Positions 44,572 through 53,898 are shown, numbered from the stretch's first letter. The stretch: DNA of 57,842 nucleotides from Gemmatimonadales bacterium (GCA_050485725.1 JBJHBX010000001.1:1-57842); one strand, 5' to 3'. Notes: generated by a model not told the origin, from the letters alone. Translations and numbers: made by a program.

Positions 44572-46335
44572 ATGATCGGCAAGGTGATGAAGGGCCGGGG
44601 GTTCACCGGGCTCGCCCGCTACCTCGAAACCGGCCGCGATGAGAACTCCTCGGATCGTGTCGAGTGGATCGAAGCCCGCAACCTCCCGACGAACGATCCC
44701 GAGACGGCGAGTCTCCTCATGCGAGCGACGGCCTCTCAGTCGAATCGCGTCCAGAGGCCCGTCTACCACATCGCGCTCTCCTTCGACCCCGAAGATGAGG
44801 TCGATCAGGAGACCATGGTCCGTGTGGCCGACCGGCTCCTCACCGACCTGGAGTTGACCGAGCATCAGGCGCTCATCGTCGCGCACGGCGACACCCGCCA
44901 TGCCCACGTCCACCTGATGGTCAATCGGGTCCATCCCGAGACGGGTCGCGCGTGGGACCCGAAGCACGACTACGCCCGCATCGAGCGTTCGCTCCGGGAG
45001 CAGGAGCGGGAGCTGAGCCTCCGGGCCGTGCCGGGTCACCACCATCAGCTCGAAGGACAGGAGCCGCCGAACCGCTCCGGGGCGCTGACCACGGGTCAGC
45101 TCCGGAAGTGGGAGCGAACGGGGGAGGTGCCCTTCGACGAACTCGTCCGGCAGACGGTCCGGGAGGATCTCCGGGCAGCGCGGAGCTGGCGGGAACTCGA
45201 AGCCCGCCTCGCCGAGAAGGGACTCCGCCTGGAAGTCCGGGAACGCGGCCTCGTGGTGACGGACGGCAACGAAGCAGTGAAGGCATCGAGCGTCGCGCCG
45301 GAGCTCTCACGACCAAACCTCGAACAGCGATATGGAGCGATGAATGAACAATGGGAGGACACCGACGGACGGACCGACACCCCCAGGCTTACGAGAGAGG
45401 ATGACGCGGGCGAACGAGTTCCAGGCGTTGCCGCCGGAGATTCTGGATTCCCTGCTGACTCTTCCCGACCGGCTGACCCTGGCCTCGAAAAAAACGTTCC
45501 GGATGCTGGCCGACCAGGAGAGGTCGCTGAGCGAGACCGAGAGGAATATCGCCCACACGACCGAGATACTCCGGAAGCAGGCCGACCGGATCACACGGAT
45601 GCAGACGGGCGTGATTCTGCTGGCGCTGATCGCGGGGACGCTGGGCGGAACGGCGGCCGCGCTGATAGTCCTCCACTGGATGCCGTGAGGCGAACGATCG
45701 ACACCCTCGAACGGCGGATCGAGCTGGAGGCCACCCGGGACGCGGTGGGAGACGAACTCGACCGGGCGCAGATGAGCCTGACCCGGATCGAGGCTCAGCG
45801 GGCCGAGGCGGAGGGAGCGTCACAGCGGTTCGACGACACGCTCTCCAGGGTCTACCGCGACCCGGCCGCTGCACGGAGTGCGTTCGAGGCGCGGGCTCAG
45901 GAGCAGGGGGACGGCCCCGCCGCCGGCGAGCTGAGCCGTGAACCCGAGCGGTTCGGGGAACTGCGAGGCACGCAGATCGGACCAGTTCGCTCGGAGGAGC
46001 GAAAGGAGGCGCTTCGCACCGCTTCCGATCTCGAACGGCTCGGGGCGGACCATCTCCGGGGCACGCGGCAACTTTCACTCACGCAGGATCGGTACGACGC
46101 CGCGAAGGCCACCGTCACCGACCTCGAAGCACGCCTGAAGGGATTGGACGCGGAACTCGCTCGGGGACCCGGAAGCGCGACGATCCGTCACCGGCTCGAA
46201 CGGCAGCTCCAAGCCATGCGCCCCGCCCAGCGAACCGCGCTCCACCGCTCCCTACCGATCCCCCAGCAGCGGCTCGTCTCGGCCGCGGTCATGGCCGGAC
46301 GCTCGTTCGCCTCGGAGCAAGGGCATGAGCGGTAG
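44572..46335 (+). CDS. MobA/VirD2-family relaxase. The N-terminal relaxase domain is secure. The structure of the ORF beyond about 45340 is uncertain (see findings).
   Basis: VYHIALSFDPED and the 3-His motif HGDTRHAHVHLMVNRV. No in-frame stop occurs until 46335, but codon third-position usage looks non-coding across about 45400-45685. Confidence 0.8.
   Translation: MIGKVMKGRGFTGLARYLETGRDENSSDRVEWIEARNLPTNDPETASLLMRATASQSNRVQRPVYHIALSFDPEDEVDQETMVRVADRLLTDLELTEHQALIVAHGDTRHAHVHLMVNRVHPETGRAWDPKHDYARIERSLREQERELSLRAVPGHHHQLEGQEPPNRSGALTTGQLRKWERTGEVPFDELVRQTVREDLRAARSWRELEARLAEKGLRLEVRERGLVVTDGNEAVKASSVAPELSRPNLEQRYGAMNEQWEDTDGRTDTPRLTREDDAGERVPGVAAGDSGFPADSSRPADPGLEKNVPDAGRPGEVAERDREEYRPHDRDTPEAGRPDHTDADGRDSAGADRGDAGRNGGRADSPPLDAVRRTIDTLERRIELEATRDAVGDELDRAQMSLTRIEAQRAEAEGASQRFDDTLSRVYRDPAAARSAFEARAQEQGDGPAAGELSREPERFGELRGTQIGPVRSEERKEALRTASDLERLGADHLRGTRQLSLTQDRYDAAKATVTDLEARLKGLDAELARGPGSATIRHRLERQLQAMRPAQRTALHRSLPIPQQRLVSAAVMAGRSFASEQGHER
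45401..45688 (+). CDS. Nested or overlapping small membrane-anchored protein (mobB-like arrangement), in a different frame from the relaxase ORF
   Basis: MTRANEFQALPPEILDSLL...RKQADRITRMQTGVILLALIAGTLGGTAAALIVLHWMP. GC3 is high in this frame. There is a C-terminal TM segment. The stop overlaps an in-frame-1 GTG (GTGA at 45685-45688). Confidence 0.55.
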   Translation: MTRANEFQALPPEILDSLLTLPDRLTLASKKTFRMLADQERSLSETERNIAHTTEILRKQADRITRMQTGVILLALIAGTLGGTAAALIVLHWMP

Positions 46336-46508
46336 GGCGTTTGCCGCGGCTACCGGGAGAAGACATCTTGGGGAGAACCCGCCGCTCATTCTCGATGCTT
46401 CGAGAAAACGGAAACCCCCGAGACGGCGAACCGTCCCGGGGGTCCCACCTCGGCGACTTACTGCCCCCGAAGGGTTGATACAGCAGAGGACGACCCGAGG
46501 AATTACGT

Positions 46509-47258
46509 ATGAATGATAGGGAAAACCGGCCCTCCGGTCAACCCATGTCCTTGGCCGCCGTGCGGCATGCCCTGTCGGAAGAGAGGCTGGCCGCCTATGC
46601 GCTACCGCAGGATCACGACGAGATGGACTCGGTGGCCAGATACCTCTGGAACGTTGCGCTGGCCAGCGCTCTCCTTCCCTCGTTGCATGCCGTGGAGATC
46701 ACCCTCCGGAACAACCTGTTCAATGCCTCCCGCAAGGTAATCGACGAGTCTCAGCTCCGATTTTCCGAGGTCGCCTGTTGGCTCGACGCCAACCCCTCCC
46801 TGCTCTACGAGAGAGAGTTCAAGGCCGTTCAGGACGCGAAGGACTCCATCCGGCGGACGAAGAAACCCGTGACCCCGGGGCGATTGGTTTCCAATCTCCC
46901 TTTCGGTTTTTGGGTGAGCCTTTGCCGAAACCCCTACGAACACGGACGCCGGGGAGGCCCCGGCCTGTGGCCTTCAGCCTTGAAGTATGCCTTCCCTTTT
47001 CGCCCCAAGGACCACCAGACTCTGAGCGCCGTTCGGCAACGGCTCGATGAGATCCGCGAGTTCAGGAACCGGGTGTTCCACCACGAACCGATCTGGAATC
47101 GGGATGTCTCCCGGTATCACCGACGCTTGGTGGAAGTGATCGGCTGGATGAACCAGGGCGTGGCGGAGGCAGTCCGTGACACTTCCCCTGCCGAGCGGCT
47201 CTATCGTGCCGGGCCCGCAGCCTATCGAGACCTTGCGGGATCCCTCGTGAGACCTTGA
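46509..47258 (+). CDS. Abi_2 (AbiD/AbiF-like) abortive-infection protein with a HEPN-type Rx4H motif
   Basis: ARYLWNVALASALLPSLHAVEITLRNNL...LDEIREFRNRVFHHEPIW. GAGGAA lies upstream of the ATG. Confidence 0.75.
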   Translation: MNDRENRPSGQPMSLAAVRHALSEERLAAYALPQDHDEMDSVARYLWNVALASALLPSLHAVEITLRNNLFNASRKVIDESQLRFSEVACWLDANPSLLYEREFKAVQDAKDSIRRTKKPVTPGRLVSNLPFGFWVSLCRNPYEHGRRGGPGLWPSALKYAFPFRPKDHQTLSAVRQRLDEIREFRNRVFHHEPIWNRDVSRYHRRLVEVIGWMNQGVAEAVRDTSPAERLYRAGPAAYRDLAGSLVRP

Positions 47259-47340
47259 CCTCGAAAGAAGAGACTTTCGCGGAGAAAAGTGGGGTGCAGG
47301 AACGGCCTGCGATGAGACTCGCCCAAGCAGGAGACACTCC

Positions 47341-47814
47341 ATGTACCGCATCCCCATCTACCAGGTAAAGCTCGTCCGCGACGGAAGCCTGGCCACCGAA
47401 CGCAAGAAGGTCGGTGCTCCGGAGGCCGCCGCGAGCGTGCTGCACCAATACTTCGACGAAGCCGACCGCGAACACTTCGTGGCGCTCCTTCTCGATACCA
47501 AGCACCAGATCATCGGCATCAACACCGTGACCGTCGGCGTCCTCGACGCTTCCCTCATCCACCCGCGCGAGATCTTCAAGCCCGCGATCCTCGCCAACGC
47601 CGCCGCCATCATCCTCGCCCACAACCATCCGAGCGGGGATCCGACTCCATCCCCAGAGGATCGGGCTGTCACCCGGCAGACGGTGGAAGCGGGACGATTG
47701 ATCGGGATCGCGGTGCTCGACCACGTGATCGTAGGGGACAAGCCCCGTTACTTCAGCTTCCTCGAAGCAGGAGCCATGGACTTCAACGTCGGGTTCGCCA
47801 GGCGAGCGGCATAG
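47341..47814 (+). CDS. radC: RadC-like JAB/MPN domain protein
   Basis: ILAHNHPSGDPTPSPEDRAVTRQTVEAGRLIGIAVLDHVIVG. Confidence 0.9.
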   Translation: MYRIPIYQVKLVRDGSLATERKKVGAPEAAASVLHQYFDEADREHFVALLLDTKHQIIGINTVTVGVLDASLIHPREIFKPAILANAAAIILAHNHPSGDPTPSPEDRAVTRQTVEAGRLIGIAVLDHVIVGDKPRYFSFLEAGAMDFNVGFARRAA

Positions 47815-47832
47815 CCTGCTCGCACGGCAACC

Positions 47833-48384
47833 CTACACGACTTCCGATGTGTCGTCCTGTCCAGGAGTCATTGGGATTCGCCCTTCTCCCTTCGGGAACA
47901 CGAACGCCGCTGCGGCCCAAGCTGCACTCGGATCTCCACCAACGATCAGAAGCACCGGCTCCGGGCAATTGTATTTTCGGTCGGAGGCAATCGACCTGAG
48001 TTGTCGATCATCCACTCCACTGGGGTCAGGTGAGGCTCCAGGATGGAAGTGCCACTCTCCGAGGTAGTATCGGCGCTCCCTCCGCCACAACCGATCAAGG
48101 AGCGGTTGCAGCCCGATGGTGCCGCGACGGAATCGTGTGCGGGTGGCTGTCGAATCCTCGGGTGGCCCCGTCACCTGATGTACCACGGCGCAATCATGTC
48201 GGCCGGTGTATTGGCCGATGAGGATGCCGCCCGTTTCCACCTCGCCCGCTGCGCGGCAGTATGCTAAGATCGATTCGACGACGGTCTCGGGCACCTTCAG
48301 GCCAAAGCGTCGGCTCACCGCCCAGAACTCCAGGTCAGCCACGGTCAGGAGGATCCTGGCATCTGCGGATGCCGGAGAACCCAT
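47833..48384 (-). CDS. cap3: CBASS Cap3 (JAB/JAMM isopeptidase)
   Basis: VETGGILIG followed by EWHFHPGASPDPSGVD (JAMM motif HxHx7Sx2D). It is the last gene of the operon. The annotated start overlaps cap2 by 50 nt. Confidence 0.8.
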   Translation of the reverse strand: MGSPASADARILLTVADLEFWAVSRRFGLKVPETVVESILAYCRAAGEVETGGILIGQYTGRHDCAVVHQVTGPPEDSTATRTRFRRGTIGLQPLLDRLWRRERRYYLGEWHFHPGASPDPSGVDDRQLRSIASDRKYNCPEPVLLIVGGDPSAAWAAAAFVFPKGEGRIPMTPGQDDTSEVV

Positions 48385-50161
48385 CCGCGTCCCGCATCTG
48401 CTCGAACACGATCAGCTCCGGCTCGGTCGGTGGATCCTGGATCCTCTGTTCAATCCATTTCACCGCAGCGGCTCCAAGAAGCCATACATCATCGACCCGG
48501 GCAGGGAAGACGGGGTGCCAGCAGCCTATCCCCTCGCGCGGCACCTCCATGCCTTGGGCTTCAGCGATCTGCGCACGCAACCACGGCTGCATCCGATCGA
48601 CAAACTCTTCGTGAGGGAAGGCGTTTCCAGCAGCGCTGAAGCAGAACAGCCGTTGCGCGTGGAGGCCGAGCGAGATCGAGAAAAAGAGCTTCTCGCCCCC
48701 CCAGTCGTACGCTCCAAGCGCAGCAGGAAGGGCCTGATCCCCCGTGAGGTCGATCACCACGTCCGCGGCCTCAATAACCCCAACCTCCTCGGCTTTGTCG
48801 GGTGGAAACGAGCCGATGGCTGTGACCTTGGCATGCGGTGATGCGGCATTCAGCCGGGATGCTACGGATGGTCCTTTGTCCGAGCCTACATCCGTCAAGG
48901 TAGCGGTGTGACGGACCAGATTGCCGGCCCTGATCTGATCGTCTTCAGAAAGGCTGAGCTCCGATACTCCGGCCCGCACCAGTAGCTCGGCGACGTAGCT
49001 GCCGAGGGCTCCCCCACCGATGATCACGAATCGGAGCCGGACAACCTCGGCTGGTAAGCGACCTCTACCTGAGAGATCGCTTGGGCTCCAGTTCTCAGAT
49101 CGGACCCAGGGAACATTCCTATCGAGGCGGAACGTACTCATGCGGTCGTTCAACCACGCCGCCTGCTCACCGTCTCGGAACCCATCGCGTTTCCCCCTTG
49201 CCAGCCGGGGAAGTTGGAGTGGCAACCAGTACAAGATCGCTTGTTCCCCACCCCGAATGTTCGGAATAGGAAAGCCAAGCAGCAGGTAATGCTGACCGGC
49301 ATCACGTACGGCTGGAAGGAGATCGCGAAGGTCATCGGGGATCGTGACGCCGTGCGGCTGAAGGGCGTCGCGTAGGTCGCTCCACGTGACAGGTGCCCGC
49401 CACGGGGGAAGGTGAGGGACATCGGGAAGCCGTACCCAGAGGCCCACTGCGTCCCGACCTGTCGCTGCGGTGATCCAATCGCCCCACTGCGGCACGACCA
49501 GATCGTTCCTCCGGTTGTCCTGGAAGGCTCGAACCACGGCGACCTCCGGCCGATCTCGGAGCCGAGTGAGGCGGACAAGCCCACGGTCCTCTTCCACCTG
49601 CGCCCACTGAGCAAACGACTCCTGATCCTCCCAGAACGCGACGATTGGCGAGGGCGGTGGACCGAAGTCGGGAAGTTCGAATGGCTCGCCCGGCACGATG
49701 AGCCTGCCCCGGTCTGCTGCCTCAAGCCATTCACATGCCCGACGAACATGCCATTGCAGGCGGAGATCGGCGTCATATGGCTCGGTGTCAAGCACCGGCC
49801 CCAAGGCGTGCACACCTGTATCGACGCAGATGTTACCTGTACGCCAGGGGAGCCGCTCACCACCCGGAAGGTTTAGATTCTGATGATGATGCGTAGTCTC
49901 CAGCCCGTCGCGGTTCGCCGGGTAGATTTTGACTGCGCCCCAGGGATAGACGGCTTCGGTGAGTACATACCAGGCGGAGCGGGCGGGGACACCGCCGGCC
50001 CCGTCCGCGATGTTCATGCGGATCAGAAGGGTCCAGCGTCGTACATCGGGATTCCACTCGAACTCCCGCAGGATCTCAACCCTGTCGAGGACGTTGAGCG
50101 ACTCCCGCGCAACCTGGAGGTTGCGCGGGAGTACCGACGGCTCGGCTTCTGCTTTCGTCAA
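48335..50161 (-). CDS. cap2: CBASS Cap2 (E2-like and E1/ThiF-like fusion)
   Basis: A Rossmann E1 segment FVIIGGGALGSYVAELLVRAGVSELSLSEDDQIRAGNLVRH and an N-terminal E2-like region containing GNICVD. The TTG start overlaps the CD-NTase stop (TTGA). Confidence 0.8.
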   Translation of the reverse strand: MTKAEAEPSVLPRNLQVARESLNVLDRVEILREFEWNPDVRRWTLLIRMNIADGAGGVPARSAWYVLTEAVYPWGAVKIYPANRDGLETTHHHQNLNLPGGERLPWRTGNICVDTGVHALGPVLDTEPYDADLRLQWHVRRACEWLEAADRGRLIVPGEPFELPDFGPPPSPIVAFWEDQESFAQWAQVEEDRGLVRLTRLRDRPEVAVVRAFQDNRRNDLVVPQWGDWITAATGRDAVGLWVRLPDVPHLPPWRAPVTWSDLRDALQPHGVTIPDDLRDLLPAVRDAGQHYLLLGFPIPNIRGGEQAILYWLPLQLPRLARGKRDGFRDGEQAAWLNDRMSTFRLDRNVPWVRSENWSPSDLSGRGRLPAEVVRLRFVIIGGGALGSYVAELLVRAGVSELSLSEDDQIRAGNLVRHTATLTDVGSDKGPSVASRLNAASPHAKVTAIGSFPPDKAEEVGVIEAADVVIDLTGDQALPAALGAYDWGGEKLFFSISLGLHAQRLFCFSAAGNAFPHEEFVDRMQPWLRAQIAEAQGMEVPREGIGCWHPVFPARVDDVWLLGAAAVKWIEQRIQDPPTEPELIVFEQMRDADGFSGIRRCQDPPDRG

Positions 50162-51240
50162 CCGAACGTCCCGACCCCGACGGTTGTCGCACCCGCTCGC
50201 GGAGTATAGCCGCTCTGGGATCCGCCACCTTCATTCTGGCTGGACTTCGGTGGCTCGGGGAATCGCGAACCGAAGAGCTCCCGCCAGAGCCTGCCACTCT
50301 CTTCCTTGGAGGTCGAGTCGTATGCTCGCCGGGCCAGGTCCGCGGCGTTCTTCACGAGCTTCATGAAACCCTTGAAATCCTCGCCCGAGACCCGCTTCAA
50401 CACGTTCTGGTCCACCCCGTGATCGCGGACCACCGGAACGAGCCCGATCGTGGCGTAGCCGTCATAGCGGAGTACCATCTCTTCGAGCGCCCGCACGACG
50501 CCTTCGGCTACGCCCTCGATGCCATCGGGGCAACAGACCCACACCAGGTGCTCGACCGGATAGCCCTTCGGATGCCTGGGCTCCGGGTTCAAGCGCCTCC
50601 ACCACTTCAACGCCTTCACGACGTTCACGTAGTGTGTGTTACACGCCTTGTTTTTCTCCCGGGTCTTCCTGATCTGTTCGAGCGGGTGCGTGTCTTGCCA
50701 CTCGTTGGCGTCCCGGTCCGGGATTCTGAGCGGCTCGAACTTCCACGGGGACCGTCCCTTCGCACTGGCTTCCAGTGCCCAGAAGTCGATAGCCTCGTTC
50801 AGGGCGAAGCTCCCACCGCTCGCGGCCTTGGCAAGCCGGTCTTCCTCTACCTCCGACGGAGCCGACGTGAGGACGATGTCCAGATCCACGTAGGACATCT
50901 CGATTCCGATGGAGCGACCCTGTAGGCGGTACTTGCCCTCGTAATGCTCGTCGAGGAAGGGGACGAAGAGGGACATCGCCTCCTGGGGCGTATACTCGGC
51001 CTCGCTCAGGTTGGTGACGACGATGATATCCGCGTCCGCTCGCTGCCCATCCTTGGGTCTCACGGCAGTGTGGCGGACATAGCTGCCCTGGAGGAAGGTC
51101 GAGACGGTGATCTTGCGGAGGTCTTCGTCGGCCGCAAGCCGGTCCCGCAGCGTCCTATGCCCGGTCTGTAGTTGAGATCGCTGGTTCTCGGTGAGCCGAA
51201 TGTTCTTCAGGAACTCGGCGAACTGGGGAGGAAGGTCCAT
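50158..51240 (-). CDS. CD-NTase (SMODS-type cGAS/DncV-like nucleotidyltransferase)
   Basis: FLQGSYVRHTAVRP...RADADIIVVTN gives the GS...DxD signature, and IEMSYVDLDIVL supplies the third acidic residue. Confidence 0.8.
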   Translation of the reverse strand: MDLPPQFAEFLKNIRLTENQRSQLQTGHRTLRDRLAADEDLRKITVSTFLQGSYVRHTAVRPKDGQRADADIIVVTNLSEAEYTPQEAMSLFVPFLDEHYEGKYRLQGRSIGIEMSYVDLDIVLTSAPSEVEEDRLAKAASGGSFALNEAIDFWALEASAKGRSPWKFEPLRIPDRDANEWQDTHPLEQIRKTREKNKACNTHYVNVVKALKWWRRLNPEPRHPKGYPVEHLVWVCCPDGIEGVAEGVVRALEEMVLRYDGYATIGLVPVVRDHGVDQNVLKRVSGEDFKGFMKLVKNAADLARRAYDSTSKEESGRLWRELFGSRFPEPPKSSQNEGGGSQSGYTPRAGATTVGVGTFG

Positions 51241-51243
51241 GGC

Positions 51244-52761
51244 TCAGGCACCGTTCGGGGACGGGAAGATACCCGAACACTCGTAGGGGAGTGGTCGGAC
51301 GCGGTCGAAGTCGTGTTCATAGATACAACACGGGCCGAGGACCCGTGCGAGTTGCCCCATGAAGAAGAGGAGGCCGGCGGGCGCCGCGGCGAAGAGATGA
51401 ACGCGCCCACCTCGTGGGACGGTGCCCTGTGCGGCTCGCGCAAGGGCAATCGCGCTTTGGGCAAGTTGGAACGCGTGGGTTCCATCGCGGACGGCGGTGG
51501 GACTTGGCTTCGGGAGGACTCGAAGCGGGATCACCTGGCCGATCTCCGGCATGTGGTCGCGCGCGTAGCCCACTACGTCGTCCGCGATCTCGTGAGTCAC
51601 GCTGATGGCAAAGGCCAGATCGGATCCGTCACCCATCTCGACTCTCCCGCGTTCCCACAGCGGGTCGTCCGTGGGCACGGCCGTAAGGGGTTGCCACACC
51701 TGGCGGCCCCCGCCGACCTGGACTGGATAGACCTCGATACCGGCCTTGGAGTCCAAGGCGTAGCCGGCGGCGAACGCGACTGTATTGTGCGTCCGCAGTT
51801 CCAGATGAACCGGTACATCGGCGGCGAGCCCGGTCACGAACTCACGGACCGAGGGCAGGATCCCTTCGTTCCACGCACCGTTCTCAACGGGCCAACGGCC
51901 ATTGAAGTGGTGGAGAAGGCAGAGCATCGCATCCTGCTCGTCGCCCATCCTCTCGGTGCCGCGGCTGAAGCTCCGGATGCCAACCCTTCGTGGAGTCGGT
52001 CGGCTACCGAGCGGAGGTCCGACCCAGAGCCCATCCCGCCGACCAATCTCCCTCAGCTCGTCAGCAGTGAATCTGGTTCGTCCCGCCTGCACTAACTTCC
52101 GTGGTAGGTCGTCGTAGAGGGTGCTGAGCGTGTCCTGGTCGTAAGGCTTCCAGCCAGCGGCTCGGAGCTTCTCGCTCACATGCTCCCGGAGGTCGCTCAT
52201 CTGAGGAGCGGGTCTGACGCGCAGAGGCGCCACGACGAGCCGTAGATCTTCGTCGGTATCGATCCCCAGGTGTTTCTTCCACCGATCCCGCACACCACCC
52301 ATCTCGCTTCGCGGACCTCCCACTTTCAAGACATCCCATCGCAGCCGCCCATCGGTGTTCTCCACGAGCTTGGTCAACGGATCCCTCGGGTCGATCGGTG
52401 TGGGGATCGCGATGATGAATCGCGCCTCGATTCCCGTGGGTGCGTGCTCCCGCTGAACATCTCGGAGGCGTTCCAGGAGGGAGACCTTCGATGCGTTGAT
52501 GAAGTCCGGGTCGGTGAGGGCGTCGCAGGTGAAAGGGTCGCCGCTGACGACTCGGAACTTGATCTGGTAGAACTCCCTAAGGGCTCCGGACGGATCCGGA
52601 TCTCGGTAGTAGACGGCTACGTCGTCGAACCCCCGAGCCTCGTCCACTTCGTAGCCGACCGCCTCTACGTTCGGGTTGAGGTACAGGTCGGCTGCCTTCC
52701 GCCAGAACCACATGCCCTGGGTATCGAAGCCCTGATGGAGCCCAACGACGCTGTTTGCCAC
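51244..52761 (-). CDS. cap4: CBASS effector Cap4-like (N-terminal DUF4297 PD-(D/E)xK nuclease and C-terminal SAVED sensor)
   Basis: GFDTQGMWFWRKAADLYL...EVDEARGFDDVAVYY...FYQIKF. The SAVED-like C-terminus reads VHLFAAAPAGLLFFMGQLARVLGPCCIYEHDF. GTG start. Confidence 0.7.
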   Translation of the reverse strand: MANSVVGLHQGFDTQGMWFWRKAADLYLNPNVEAVGYEVDEARGFDDVAVYYRDPDPSGALREFYQIKFRVVSGDPFTCDALTDPDFINASKVSLLERLRDVQREHAPTGIEARFIIAIPTPIDPRDPLTKLVENTDGRLRWDVLKVGGPRSEMGGVRDRWKKHLGIDTDEDLRLVVAPLRVRPAPQMSDLREHVSEKLRAAGWKPYDQDTLSTLYDDLPRKLVQAGRTRFTADELREIGRRDGLWVGPPLGSRPTPRRVGIRSFSRGTERMGDEQDAMLCLLHHFNGRWPVENGAWNEGILPSVREFVTGLAADVPVHLELRTHNTVAFAAGYALDSKAGIEVYPVQVGGGRQVWQPLTAVPTDDPLWERGRVEMGDGSDLAFAISVTHEIADDVVGYARDHMPEIGQVIPLRVLPKPSPTAVRDGTHAFQLAQSAIALARAAQGTVPRGGRVHLFAAAPAGLLFFMGQLARVLGPCCIYEHDFDRVRPLPYECSGIFPSPNGA

Positions 52762-53028
52762 GATCTGCCGAGTCCCTGAACTGTGCGAACGGGTTCCACT
52801 TCCTCCGCCTGGGAAGCTCTCTGGTGAGCGAGGTTCTCCAGAAGACCCTCACCGTCCGAGCCATTTCCCCGTGTACCCCGCAACCTCAAGCGGGTTTCGG
52901 GAAAACTTCGGGGATAAGTTACTGGGTTTGATGTACCCGATCCACCGGCGTTGACGCGAAGGGCGGCCTCTCCCAACACCCTCTCGCAGACACGTGGAGC
53001 TAACCCGCCGCGAAGCCGCGAACGCGGC

Positions 53029-53337
53029 TCAGAATCGGCGGCTGTAGTAGTAAGGCGACCGCCCTTCGGCCCGGGCGAGTGCGAGGAGGATCACGAACAC
53101 CGCGAACATCGCCGAGACGAGAAGGCGGACGAACCCGTCCATGATCCACATCCCGGCGAGGGGACGCTCCCGACGCCCACGCCGGCGATAGGCGACCCAG
53201 CGGTACACGAGCCATGCGACGGCAAAGGCGTACATCGCCACGACCCCGATCAGGTTCCAGTCCAGATCGGACGCCATGGTCAGGTACTCCCTGGGAAGGG
53301 TACCCTCCAGCCGGGCCAGCCACTCCGTCCAGTTCAT
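53029..53337 (-). CDS. Small two-TM membrane protein (102 aa)
   Basis: MNWTEWLARLEG...LIGVVAMYAFAVAWLVYRWVAY then RRRGRRERP then GFVRLLVSAMFAVFVILLALA. The longer ORF back to 53496 is rejected. Confidence 0.5.
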   Translation of the reverse strand: MNWTEWLARLEGTLPREYLTMASDLDWNLIGVVAMYAFAVAWLVYRWVAYRRRGRRERPLAGMWIMDGFVRLLVSAMFAVFVILLALARAEGRSPYYYSRRF

Positions 53338-53537
53338 GGTCTTCCTCCCGTCGAGGCCATATGAGCCGGGGGCCTCATACAACGCTGAAACACCACCCGC
53401 CTCCAACAGTTCAACAAGTACACGTTTGGGATGGGCAGGTCCATGGCTGGATGGGACTGCCCTGGGTGAGAAGAAGTGAGGGTGCACGGGGCGCATCGGC
53501 CTCGGCAGTCACCAGCCAGTATCAAAGGAGGATCATC

Positions 53538-53795
53538 ATGGCTAACTGGAGCGAACACCCGCCCGGGACCACGTATAAAGTGTGGGTCGAAGTGGAGGCG
53601 GAGTTCCCCGACGGCAGCCACGAGGAAGGTCACTATTTCGGGGCAGAACCCCACCTCGTGGATTCGTTCGAATCCCTGGACGCAGCCACCCGGTTGCAGG
53701 ATGAGCTCGGCTACTTCGGCCGAGGCGATGAAAGCGAGGCCAAGGGTCGATCGCTCGAATCCCGATCCCTTCACCGTGACGGTGGAACGCTATGA
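53538..53795 (+). CDS. Hypothetical small protein (85 aa)
   Basis: AAGGAGGATCATC precedes the ATG. MANWSEHPPGTTYKVWVEVEAEFPDGSHEEGHYFG. Confidence 0.5.
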   Translation: MANWSEHPPGTTYKVWVEVEAEFPDGSHEEGHYFGAEPHLVDSFESLDAATRLQDELGYFGRGDESEAKGRSLESRSLHRDGGTL

Positions 53796-53898
53796 GAAGA
53801 GGAGCGGGTGACCGTGCCGTTGCACGGCGACATCCCGCCTTCGCCTCACGCCCGGATGGTCCGAGGCCCGGCGCGAAGGCCCCTCTGGAGGTGTTCTC

